Source of the DNA: Pseudochrobactrum asaccharolyticum
Lineage (GTDB): Bacteria; Pseudomonadota; Alphaproteobacteria; Rhizobiales; Rhizobiaceae
DNA length: 32,000 bases
Assembly: GCF_003314995.1 (NCBI RefSeq)
Contig: NZ_QNRH01000014.1
Coordinates: 4,056 to 36,055 of the forward strand
Reading direction: 5' to 3'
Part shown: in pieces, positions 9,293 to 17,689 of the stretch
How the letters are laid out: every line of letters begins with the position of its first letter
Position numbering within the stretch: the stretch's first letter is position 1
Made by a program: the position numbers and the translations under genes
The notes under the pieces: generated by a model
Databases searched by the model: none
Told to the model about the DNA's origin: nothing
Seen by the model: only the letters and a program-made list of their open reading frames with translations

Positions 9293-10681
9293 TCAGAGAA
9301 TTGCTGATAGTTCAGCGTGGGGGGCGATGACTGTATCAAGGTCTATTTCCATTTCACCGGGCACACGAATTTTGGTGAATTTAAATTCAGGCGCGCCGAA
9401 CGGAACTGTTGCATCCAGTCCCATTTTGGATCCAAAGCCATCGTCGGTTGATGGATCGAGTTTTGAACCTTGTGCTCCACCAATGATGATGACGTCCCGG
9501 TCAGCTTGAAAGCGTGTGGCTATTGCCCATGCGACACTGCGTTCGTCATAAATATCCACATCCTCATCAACGACGACCACATGTTTAATATCATAATGAG
9601 CAGCAAAAGCAGCAGCTATGATATTTTTGGCTTCGCCGCGGTTGCGCTTTTGGAGTTGCACGACAAGATGGTATCGGCCTACACCGCCAAGTGTCAGATG
9701 GACGGCTTTGACATTGGAAAAACTAGCCTGAATGGTGCTGAGTATCGTCGCTTCACGTGGCAGGGCACCCAGAAGTAAATGCTCTAGGGCACCACCAACG
9801 ATGGTGTGAAACAATGGGTTCTCTCGATGCGTAATACGATCGACGGCGATCACATGGCGCTCAGCGCGTTCGCCGTAGTATTGTGGAAATTCGCCGAATG
9901 GACCCTCTGGCGCTCGTTTTTGAGCCAAAAGGCGACCTTCTATGACGATTTCCGCATCGGCTGGGACGCGGATCTCGGAGCCGATGCATTTGGTCACCGC
10001 CAGAGGCGTTCCGTTGAGTGCGCCAGCGACCTCCAGCTCATCGTGATCAATAGGTAAGATTGCTTGTGATGCCATCAGGCAAGACGGGCTGCAGCCCACA
10101 ACAATTGCCACATCCAGATCAGCTCCGGTGGATTCAGCCTCGTTGAAAAAGGCAAGCGTATGTCGTGGGAGAAGTAGAACGCCAAGTTCGCGCGGACCTG
10201 AGACTTGCAACCGGTGAATGGCAACATTCTGGATACCCGTGCGAGGGTTACGGGCAATTAGCAGGCCAGCAGTAATATAGGAGCCGCTGTCAAATTCGTT
10301 ATGTACCGGAATTGGTAGCCGACCGAGTAAATCGCCGTCCTCAACAATAATTTGCTGGCAAGCTGCGTTATCAACTTGGTGCCACGGCAGGGGGCTTGCC
10401 GCAGCACGCTGGAACGCTTTCACAAGTTCGCTGGATTTAACGCCGAGGGCTTCTGCCATCCATGACCGATCCGACAAAAGGCCGGAAATGACTGTTATCC
10501 CTGTTCCACCGGCATCAGGGAATGCTGTGGCTTTGGTGCCATCCATACGGTTTGCAATGCCAGCGATCGTATGTTTGAGTTCGGTTCCAGGCTGGATAAT
10601 GCAGAGCCGGTCACTGTCATGCAGGGTTTTTAGCCAGTCACGCAATTCAGGAGCTCGGCGTGCCATCGAAGAATCGGTCAT
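9293..10681 (-). CDS. UbiD-family (prFMN-dependent) reversible decarboxylase, HmfF-like (462 aa)
   Basis: The length and overall sequence pattern fit the UbiD family. It is paired with a UbiX gene 1.1 kb away. This matches the hmfF/hmfG (2,5-furandicarboxylate decarboxylase) context beside furoyl-CoA pathway genes. Confidence 0.85.
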   Translation of the reverse strand: MTDSSMARRAPELRDWLKTLHDSDRLCIIQPGTELKHTIAGIANRMDGTKATAFPDAGGTGITVISGLLSDRSWMAEALGVKSSELVKAFQRAAASPLPWHQVDNAACQQIIVEDGDLLGRLPIPVHNEFDSGSYITAGLLIARNPRTGIQNVAIHRLQVSGPRELGVLLLPRHTLAFFNEAESTGADLDVAIVVGCSPSCLMASQAILPIDHDELEVAGALNGTPLAVTKCIGSEIRVPADAEIVIEGRLLAQKRAPEGPFGEFPQYYGERAERHVIAVDRITHRENPLFHTIVGGALEHLLLGALPREATILSTIQASFSNVKAVHLTLGGVGRYHLVVQLQKRNRGEAKNIIAAAFAAHYDIKHVVVVDEDVDIYDERSVAWAIATRFQADRDVIIIGGAQGSKLDPSTDDGFGSKMGLDATVPFGAPEFKFTKIRVPGEMEIDLDTVIAPHAELSAIL

Positions 10682-10696
10682 GTTTTTTCCTCTTTC

Positions 10697-10732
10697 TACG
10701 TGGCGAAAGTTTACGTTGTAAGGACGTATAAT
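10697..10732. promoter_or_regulatory. Candidate LysR-type operator and -10 element in the divergent ubiD-like / lysR intergenic region
   Basis: Dyad TACGT-N7-ACGTA (10712-10728), an extra TACGT at 10697-10701, and a TATAAT hexamer at 10727-10732, all within the 104-bp divergent spacer. Confidence 0.3.
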
Positions 10733-10785
10733 CCCTACTAATTTAAGATGATGTTCGTAATAGCGTTTCGTGATGGGGGTGGTTT

Positions 10786-11700
10786 ATGGAGTTGCGTCAA
10801 TTAAATTATTTCATTGCAGCCTATGAGGAGGGGTCTATTACCCGCGCGGCTCAGCGTTTGAATATTGTGCAGCCTGCGATCAGCCAGCAGCTTGCAAAGC
10901 TGGAGGCCGAATTAGGCGGTGCACTGTTTCAGCGTACACCCACGGGGTTACGACCGACTTTTTTGGGAGATGATGCTTATCGATTGTTAAGGCCACTGGT
11001 GCATCAACTGCAATCAGCGCGTCATGACCTTTCAGCTGATCGATCTCGGATAGGCGGTGCGCTGGCGATCGGGGCTATTGCATCCATGGCAATGGAAATT
11101 CTTCCCGAGACCCTGATCGCTTTGGGGGCACAATATCCTGATGTTACTTTCAGGGTAACAGGCGGTTATTCAGCTGAAATGCTGGAGATGCTGCGCATTG
11201 GAAAAATTGATATTGCGATTATCAATCATACAGATAACCGGCGTACTGACTTTGTTGAAATTGAGTTGTTTAATGAGAGGCTGGCTTTCATCTGCGCGCC
11301 AGATCATCCAGTCGCCATGCAGAACGGTCGTATCCGCGCTTCTGATGTTAAGCGCCTTGTTTTGCCAACAACGCGCCATGGTTTGCGCGATGTCATTTCA
11401 ATAGCAGCACGTGCAGCCGCGTTAAATCTGGATCCGCAATTGGAATGCGATGAAATTGCGACCCTTGAAAAATTCGTAGAACATGGCGGCTATGTTACTA
11501 TTCTGCCGCCGATCGCTCTTTTGAGTGCCCTGACTGAGGGGCGACTTATTGCATTACCAATCGCCCCGGGTGTGCGTCGGCGCGTTGTTTGTGCTTACAG
11601 CAATAGCCGGCCGCTCAGCCGTGCCGCGGAAGTATTTATCAGAGGGTTGCGTCAGCGGCTGAATGATGTGCCGAAGGATCTCATCAGCGTGCATCCATAG
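10786..11700 (+). CDS. LysR-family transcriptional regulator (304 aa)
   Basis: N-terminal LysR HTH: MELRQLNYFIAAYEEGSITRAAQRLNIVQPAISQQLAKLEAELGGALFQR. It is divergent from the UbiD gene and upstream of UbiX. Confidence 0.92.
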   Translation: MELRQLNYFIAAYEEGSITRAAQRLNIVQPAISQQLAKLEAELGGALFQRTPTGLRPTFLGDDAYRLLRPLVHQLQSARHDLSADRSRIGGALAIGAIASMAMEILPETLIALGAQYPDVTFRVTGGYSAEMLEMLRIGKIDIAIINHTDNRRTDFVEIELFNERLAFICAPDHPVAMQNGRIRASDVKRLVLPTTRHGLRDVISIAARAAALNLDPQLECDEIATLEKFVEHGGYVTILPPIALLSALTEGRLIALPIAPGVRRRVVCAYSNSRPLSRAAEVFIRGLRQRLNDVPKDLISVHP

Positions 11701-11794
11701 TGAATCATTATGGCTTGCGTTGAGATTACTTAATGGCATCTGATTGATTTTTGTGGTGCTCTCCAATGAGACAAAAAGCTTAAGTGAGTTATCA

Positions 11795-12397
11795 ATGGTG
11801 GGTGCGCAAACGAATAGATTGATTGTAGGTATCTCGGGAGCCTCAGGTGCTATCTATGGCATAAGATTATTAGAGTTACTGCGTGAGAGCCCTATCGAAA
11901 CGCATCTGGTGATTTCTCGTGCTGCCGAAATAACGATTGCACTTGAGACGGGAAGAAAGCTTGCTGATGTTCGGGCATTGGCCGACCGCTACTATCGTTT
12001 TGAAGATGTCGCTGCTTCAATTTCTTCCGGCTCGTTTCTCACTATGGGGATGATTGTTGCACCATGCTCTGTACGCAGTCTCTCAGAGATTGCTACCGGA
12101 ACAACGTCATCGCTACTGACGAGAGCTGCGGATGTTGTGCTGAAGGAGCGTCGCAAACTCGTGCTTATGTTGCGTGAGACCCCACTTCATCTTGGCCATT
12201 TACGCAGTATGACCGCTGTGACTGAGATGGGGGCGATAATATCTCCGCCGGTGCCTGCATTTTATGCCAAGCCGCAAAGTCTCACTGAAATGGTGGATCA
12301 TAGTCTTGGACGCGTGTTGGATATGTTTGGGGTGGAGACAAACACTGTCCGGCGCTGGAGAGACAACCAGCCTCAAATCGCATCGCTCTCATGTTGA
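11795..12397 (+). CDS. UbiX-family flavin prenyltransferase, HmfG-like (200 aa from ATG 11795)
   Basis: RLIVGISGASGAIYGIRLLELL...ETHLVISRAA...MIVAPCSVRSLSEIATG...RRKLVLMLRETPL is the canonical UbiX/Pad1 pattern. The ORF is open from 11744, but the conserved domain starts just after M at 11795. Confidence 0.9.
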   Translation: MVGAQTNRLIVGISGASGAIYGIRLLELLRESPIETHLVISRAAEITIALETGRKLADVRALADRYYRFEDVAASISSGSFLTMGMIVAPCSVRSLSEIATGTTSSLLTRAADVVLKERRKLVLMLRETPLHLGHLRSMTAVTEMGAIISPPVPAFYAKPQSLTEMVDHSLGRVLDMFGVETNTVRRWRDNQPQIASLSC

Positions 12398-12609
12398 TTG
12401 CTCAAGCTGCGGAATTGTCATTTGAAATAAGAGTGAAGCCTTCATCATCAGGCTGGAATTGTAGGTGGTTCCTATTGAAATGATAGGGGCAAATCGGCTG
12501 TTTATCGGAGTAAGTTTTAGAAGAATAAGAGACATTCTGTAATTGCGGGAGGCAAAACAGAGTGAGGCGTATTCGCTTTAAGTCTTGTTGCTCGGGAGGG
12601 AGAAAATTT

Positions 12610-13605
12610 ATGAATAGAATGACACGCAGAACCATGCTCTGTGGAGGCGGTATCGCGGCTGCAGGTGCACTCACGGGTCTTTCATTGCCCGCTTTTGCTC
12701 AACAAAGCGAGGTGCGCTGGGCAGAGCTGAAGCCAGGTTTCACTGTTTTACTGACCGGCTTCATCAAGCATCATCGCTTGGATAAAAAGCACGGATTTTC
12801 ACTTTCTACAGCGACGGAATATACGTCCGTACCCACTTATTATAGTGATTTTGATGTCGGTAATTACGATATCTGTATTGGCAGCTGGGACACCTTTGCA
12901 ACGCGCTACGTTCGCGGCGTACCGTTGACATATATATGTAACGTGACCACCGCCAATATGATCAATTTCATATCACTTAAAGAGACCGGTGTGGATGATG
13001 TGTCGGTGCTGGCCGGAAAAGTTGTGGCTGCTCCTCAGTCAACCGGAACCTATCAGATGGCAAAAGCTGTTCTGGCTGAATTTAAAAAGATTGATCTTGA
13101 AGGCAGCTCGACAATCCAGAATGTGAATAATCCTGCAGCGTCGGTGTCTGTGTTGCGGGCGGGTAGTGCCAACGCCGGACTAACCTGGGAACCGAACGTT
13201 ACGAATGGAATGGCCGAAGATGGTCGTATTCAGAGTATCTTTAGTATTGGTGATGCCTACACCAAGGGTACAAACGGCAAAACTCTTCCCTATTTCGGCG
13301 TCGCGGTTCGCAATGAATTGCTAGCAACCGATCCACAGATCGGGGTCAAAATTGATGCGATGTTCCGTGACTGTATCGAGGGTATTCTGAGTGACGTGCC
13401 AAGTGCAGTGACTGTTGTCGGAGAAGCAACAGGCTTCCGGCCTGAAGTTCTGACTGAAGCGATCGCGTCGGGACGACTGGATTTCAAATATACTTCAATG
13501 ACCGATGCTGCTGCACGAGAAAATCTCAAAGCTGCTGCTGAATTCTGTGTTCGCAACGGTGCGCTTGCGGGTGTTCCGGATGACAACTTCTTCTTCCAGG
13601 GTTGA
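12610..13605 (+). CDS. ABC transporter periplasmic substrate-binding protein (NMT1/NitT-TauT-like) with a Tat-type signal peptide (331 aa)
   Basis: MNRMTRRTMLCGGGIAAAGALTGLSLPAFA|QQ carries a twin-arginine motif and an AxA cleavage site. GGGAGGGA lies upstream of ATG 12610. A cognate permease and ATPase follow. Confidence 0.8.
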   Translation: MNRMTRRTMLCGGGIAAAGALTGLSLPAFAQQSEVRWAELKPGFTVLLTGFIKHHRLDKKHGFSLSTATEYTSVPTYYSDFDVGNYDICIGSWDTFATRYVRGVPLTYICNVTTANMINFISLKETGVDDVSVLAGKVVAAPQSTGTYQMAKAVLAEFKKIDLEGSSTIQNVNNPAASVSVLRAGSANAGLTWEPNVTNGMAEDGRIQSIFSIGDAYTKGTNGKTLPYFGVAVRNELLATDPQIGVKIDAMFRDCIEGILSDVPSAVTVVGEATGFRPEVLTEAIASGRLDFKYTSMTDAAARENLKAAAEFCVRNGALAGVPDDNFFFQG

Positions 13606-13674
13606 AGCTAATGTCATGTGAAATGGCATGTGCCGTTTTCTTAAGTACATGCTTACCAGTTCCCGGAGGAAATC

Positions 13675-14496
13675 GTGTCTCAAGCCCAAGTGCACCCGAG
13701 CCAGAATGAGCTCGAGGGTAATCCATTGCCTGTCGAGCGCAAGCTGACGCAAAGCAGCGTAATTCCTATCCTTGTCGTTGTGGCCGCGTTGACAGTTGCA
13801 ATCCAGATTGCCAGTTTTTACGTCCCCCCTTATGTAATGCCATCACCGGCCGTTATTCTTGCCGCTGTCAGCGAAATTCTAACCACCCAATATCATCATA
13901 TTGGTGTCACCGCTTTGCGCCTTCTTGTGGCGCTGCTTTTCGCGATGATGCTGGGGGTTCTCCTTGGTGTGATCATGGGGATCTTTCCGAAAATCCGCCC
14001 GTATTTGCACTCGCTGATCATTATCGACACTGGGATACCTGCACTGTCCTGGATGCTTTTGGCGATTTTTTGGTTTTCGCAACCAGAAGTCCGGATTTTC
14101 TTCATCTTGTCGGTTATTCTGGTGCCATTTTATGCATTGAGTATCTATGACGGCATTCGCGCTCTGTCGAACGACCTTGTCGATATGATCGAAAGCTTTC
14201 GTCCCAATCGCTGGCAGGTGCTGCGTTATCTGATCCTTCCGCATATTGTTCCCTATATCCTGTCCACCACGAAATCCGTGATCGGGTACGCGATCCGTAT
14301 GGCGATTTTTGCTGAACTGGTTGCTTCTGCGATGGGGATTGGCTCGCGGATGAGTCTTGCACAATCGATGTTCCGTATTGACCAGGTTCTTGGTTGGACT
14401 GTGATCCTCGTGGTGGCGAACATATCGCTGCAAGCACTGCTCAACAGAACAGATAAGGTTCTTCTAAAGTGGCGTCCGGAGGCTTCAGTAAGATGA
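13675..14496 (+). CDS. ABC transporter permease (NitT/TauT family type, 273 aa, GTG start)
   Basis: Multi-TM protein with a binding-protein-dependent permease core. GGAGGA lies 4 nt upstream of GTG 13675. Confidence 0.85.
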   Translation: MSQAQVHPSQNELEGNPLPVERKLTQSSVIPILVVVAALTVAIQIASFYVPPYVMPSPAVILAAVSEILTTQYHHIGVTALRLLVALLFAMMLGVLLGVIMGIFPKIRPYLHSLIIIDTGIPALSWMLLAIFWFSQPEVRIFFILSVILVPFYALSIYDGIRALSNDLVDMIESFRPNRWQVLRYLILPHIVPYILSTTKSVIGYAIRMAIFAELVASAMGIGSRMSLAQSMFRIDQVLGWTVILVVANISLQALLNRTDKVLLKWRPEASVR

Positions 14497-15245
14497 GCAA
14501 CCAATCCATTATCAGCCTTGAAAAAGTAGGGAAATCCTATGGATCTTATCAGGTTCTCAGCAATATCTCGATGAAGGTCAACCAAGGGGAAATCGTTGCG
14601 CTCCTTGGTCAGACGGGAGCTGGAAAAAGCACTGTTATGAATATGGTCATGGGCACACAACCGACCAGCGCAGGAACAGTGCGCGTTGCGGGATATGACC
14701 CTTTTCGTGATTTTGCGAAACTACGTGGAAAAATGGCCGTCAGTTTCCAGACCGACCGGCTCTTACCTTGGCGAACAGCTGTTGAGAACTGTGAGTTAGG
14801 CCTGCTTATCTTGAAAGTCCCGCCCGCAGAAGCCCGCAAACGTGCACTGACATGGTTGTCGCGCGTCAAACTGGAAGGGGCCGCAGATAAGCACCCGCAC
14901 GAACTCTCAGGCGGTATGCGCCAACGTGTTTCTCTCGCACGGGCTTTGTGTGTCGACCCTCAGCTTGTGTTGTTGGATGAGAGCTTCAGTCAGCTCGACC
15001 ACGTTACCTCAAAAGAGCTGCGTCAGGATTTCGCACGTGTTGTGCGGGAGTACAACAAGACCTGTCTTTTCGTAACCCATCGTATTGATGATGCAATCGA
15101 AATGGCCGATCGCGTGATCGTGCTACGCCCAAATGTTGGCGTTGCGCTTGAAGAAAACATCAGTGCCGAAGTCTGTAAAACCCCAGAACTTGCTCAGGCA
15201 TTACATGATCGGATCGCCGCCTGTATGGCGGGGGAAACTCAATAA
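14493..15245 (+). CDS. ABC transporter ATP-binding protein (250 aa)
   Basis: Walker A GQTGAGKST, signature LSGGMRQRVSLARAL, Walker B LVLLDESFSQLD. ATG 14493 overlaps the permease stop (ATGA). Confidence 0.9.
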   Translation: MSNQSIISLEKVGKSYGSYQVLSNISMKVNQGEIVALLGQTGAGKSTVMNMVMGTQPTSAGTVRVAGYDPFRDFAKLRGKMAVSFQTDRLLPWRTAVENCELGLLILKVPPAEARKRALTWLSRVKLEGAADKHPHELSGGMRQRVSLARALCVDPQLVLLDESFSQLDHVTSKELRQDFARVVREYNKTCLFVTHRIDDAIEMADRVIVLRPNVGVALEENISAEVCKTPELAQALHDRIAACMAGETQ

Positions 15246-15288
15246 ATTATCGGGAAACACTTGGGAAATACAAGTTTGGGAGCATAGC

Positions 15289-16083
15289 ATGAGTTATCAG
15301 GATATTATCGTTGAGCGGCAGGAAAACTGGATCGAAATCCAGATTAATCGACCTGAAAAGTTGAACTCACTACGTGAAACGACCGCGTCCGAAATTATGG
15401 AGGCAATGGCTGCGGCAGAACATGATCGCGATATACGAGCCGTTATTCTCAAAGGGACCGAAAAAGCCTTTTGCACAGGTATCGATACGTCGGAATTTAC
15501 AATTGGTGACAACGAGTATTTCGATTTTTATCGAATGCGTCGGCGTAGCCGGAAAGTCAATCGCCTGTTCAGAGAGATGCCAGAATATACCAAGCCGGTG
15601 ATCACTGTGATTGAAGGCTTCGCTTTGGGTGGCGGTCTGGAGCTGGCGCTTGTCGGTGACATTATTATCGCAGGTGAAAAAGCCAAGCTTGGGCTTCCTG
15701 AAATCCGCCTTGGCCTGATGCCCGGCGGTGGCGGTACTCAGACACTACCGCGTTTGATCGGTAAATCATTGGCCAAGGAACTTATGTGGACAGGTCGCCG
15801 CCTGTCGGCACAGGAAGCCAAGGAAATCCGCCTTCTCAATCACGTAACCGCCGCAGGCGAAGCCTTAGATAAGGCGCGTGAGATTGCACGCACGATTGCG
15901 GGTAATGCTCCGTTGTCGGTCATGCTCACCAAAGGGGTGATTGATCGCGGGATTGATATGTCACTTGCTGATGGTTTTGCAGCCGAGGGTGATGCGTCCT
16001 TCATGCTCTATTTTACGGGTGACCGTCAGGAAGGGCTGTCTGCTTTCCGTGAAAAGCGTGAACCTCAGTTCAAGGGAGAGTGA
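15289..16083 (+). CDS. Enoyl-CoA hydratase (crotonase family, 264 aa)
   Basis: Both catalytic Glu positions appear present (GFALGGGLELALVGD and LGLPEIRLGLMPGGGGTQ). C-terminal QEGLSAFREKREPQFKG. GGGAG lies 7 nt upstream of ATG 15289. Confidence 0.88.
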   Translation: MSYQDIIVERQENWIEIQINRPEKLNSLRETTASEIMEAMAAAEHDRDIRAVILKGTEKAFCTGIDTSEFTIGDNEYFDFYRMRRRSRKVNRLFREMPEYTKPVITVIEGFALGGGLELALVGDIIIAGEKAKLGLPEIRLGLMPGGGGTQTLPRLIGKSLAKELMWTGRRLSAQEAKEIRLLNHVTAAGEALDKAREIARTIAGNAPLSVMLTKGVIDRGIDMSLADGFAAEGDASFMLYFTGDRQEGLSAFREKREPQFKGE

Positions 16084-16089
16084 TTAATT

Positions 16090-17256
16090 ATGTCAAAATC
16101 AGATATCGTCATCGCGGCCTATTCGGAAACGCCTGTGCAATTCAAGTCTGGCCGCAGTGCTTATGATCTTGCAGGAGAAGCTTTCGCCCAGTTGCTTGAG
16201 CGTTCCGGCATTGCCAAGTCTGAAATTGATGGATTGTCCGTGACTGTTCCATTGAGTGAATGCAGCAATCCGTTTTTCGCGGTTTACATGAGCGAAGCAC
16301 TGGGGATCTCACCAACCTGGATGAATTATGGTGGTACCGGCGGCTGCTCTGCCACCGGTGGTGTTGCCCGCGCAATGTCTGCAATCCGTGACGGTCATTG
16401 TGAAGTTGCAATGGTTATGTCGGCGGATGCTCCTTCAACACGGTGGGCAGCCAATTACGGGGCTTATCGTGGCGAGTTTCAAGATCCGCAAGGCGTGCAG
16501 GGGCCACCGGCTGTATTCGGCCTTTTGATGAGCCGCTATGCTTATCAATATGACCTTAAACCTGAAGCTTTGGCAAAGATTGCAATCACGCAGCGCAATC
16601 ATGCATTGCTGAATGAAAATGGACTTGAAAAGTTTCGTAAACCTCTGAGCGAAGAGGATTATTTCGCTTCGAAAGTTATTGCTGACCCGTTGCGCGTGCT
16701 GGATTCGGTGATGTTCTGTGATGGTGCCAACGCCTTTCTTGTTATGAAACGTGAGAAGGCTGATGCGCTTGGGATCAAAACGTATGTCTATCCGACCGCC
16801 TATGCGGAACTGACCAATGTCAACGGATCGGATCCGCTGGCGGATGTAACCGAAACCGGATTTTCAAAAATCGCACCAAAAATCTGGCAGCAATCCGGGT
16901 TAAAACCGTCGGACATCTCGATGTTTCAACCCTATGACGATTTTACCATCGCCGTATTGATGAAGTTCGAGGATTTCGGGTTCTGTGGCCGGGGTGAAGG
17001 CAGTGATTTTGTCCTGTCTACTGATCTTAGCTTCAAGGGCTCTTTGCCGCTCAATACTGGTGGCGGACAGATTTCAGCGGGCCAACCCGGATTGGCAAGT
17101 GGTGGATTGAACCTTGCCGAGGCTGTTCGGCAACTTATGGGCGAGGGCGGTGAGCGTCAGGTCGCCAATCCTAAAAATGCACTTGTCACAGGTATTGGTG
17201 TTATCCCGTTCGCTCGTAACTGGGGTACCAGTGCTGCTATGATTTTGGAGGTCTGA
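16090..17256 (+). CDS. Thiolase-like (SCP-x / Ltp-type) protein, probably not a canonical thiolase (388 aa)
   Basis: It has thiolase-fold signatures (GGTGGCSATGGVARAMSAIRDG; LNTGGGQISAGQPGLASG). The His of the conserved GHP motif is Gln, and the C-terminal HN.G/C.G region is absent. A DUF35 gene follows 1 nt later. Confidence 0.8.
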   Translation: MSKSDIVIAAYSETPVQFKSGRSAYDLAGEAFAQLLERSGIAKSEIDGLSVTVPLSECSNPFFAVYMSEALGISPTWMNYGGTGGCSATGGVARAMSAIRDGHCEVAMVMSADAPSTRWAANYGAYRGEFQDPQGVQGPPAVFGLLMSRYAYQYDLKPEALAKIAITQRNHALLNENGLEKFRKPLSEEDYFASKVIADPLRVLDSVMFCDGANAFLVMKREKADALGIKTYVYPTAYAELTNVNGSDPLADVTETGFSKIAPKIWQQSGLKPSDISMFQPYDDFTIAVLMKFEDFGFCGRGEGSDFVLSTDLSFKGSLPLNTGGGQISAGQPGLASGGLNLAEAVRQLMGEGGERQVANPKNALVTGIGVIPFARNWGTSAAMILEV

Positions 17257-17257
17257 T

Positions 17258-17674
17258 ATGTCCGAACTCGCTAATTTACGTCCAATCCCAAAACCGAATA
17301 CCTTTGTTAATACCGATGCTTTTTGGGACGGAGCGCGCCGTAAGGAACTGTGGCTGCAATATTGCCTCGATACCGGCAAGTTCCAGCACTATCCGCGTCC
17401 AGTATCGATCTACACGGGTTCCCGAAACCTGGAATGGCGTCAAGTGTCCGGAAAGGGCGTTGTCTATGCCGCCACGGTCATCCGTATTCCCGGCGTCGGC
17501 CTTGAAGGCCGTACACCACTTAATACCTGCACCATCGATCTTGATGAGGGGGCGCGGCTTTTGGGCAATATCACCAATGCTGAGCCCGGTGCAGTTGCTA
17601 TTGGTGCGCGGGTAGAGCTGGATTGGGAAAAGCTCGCCGATGACATCTATTATCCGGCCTTTCGGTTGGTATAA
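17258..17674 (+). CDS. DUF35/OB-fold protein (thiolase-like partner subunit) with a degenerate Zn ribbon (138 aa)
   Basis: FWDGARRKELWLQYCLDTGKFQHYPRPVSIYTGSRNLEWRQVSGKGVVYAATVI matches the DUF35 pattern. Three of the four ribbon cysteines are replaced by Thr, Ser and Thr. Confidence 0.8.
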   Translation: MSELANLRPIPKPNTFVNTDAFWDGARRKELWLQYCLDTGKFQHYPRPVSIYTGSRNLEWRQVSGKGVVYAATVIRIPGVGLEGRTPLNTCTIDLDEGARLLGNITNAEPGAVAIGARVELDWEKLADDIYYPAFRLV

Positions 17675-17689
17675 CTTGGAGAGTTTGCC

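Noticed and set aside
12402-12674. 90-aa minus-strand ORF in the ubiX / binding-protein gap
   Set aside because: It overlaps the Tat signal-peptide coding region of the binding protein in antisense and has no supporting signals.
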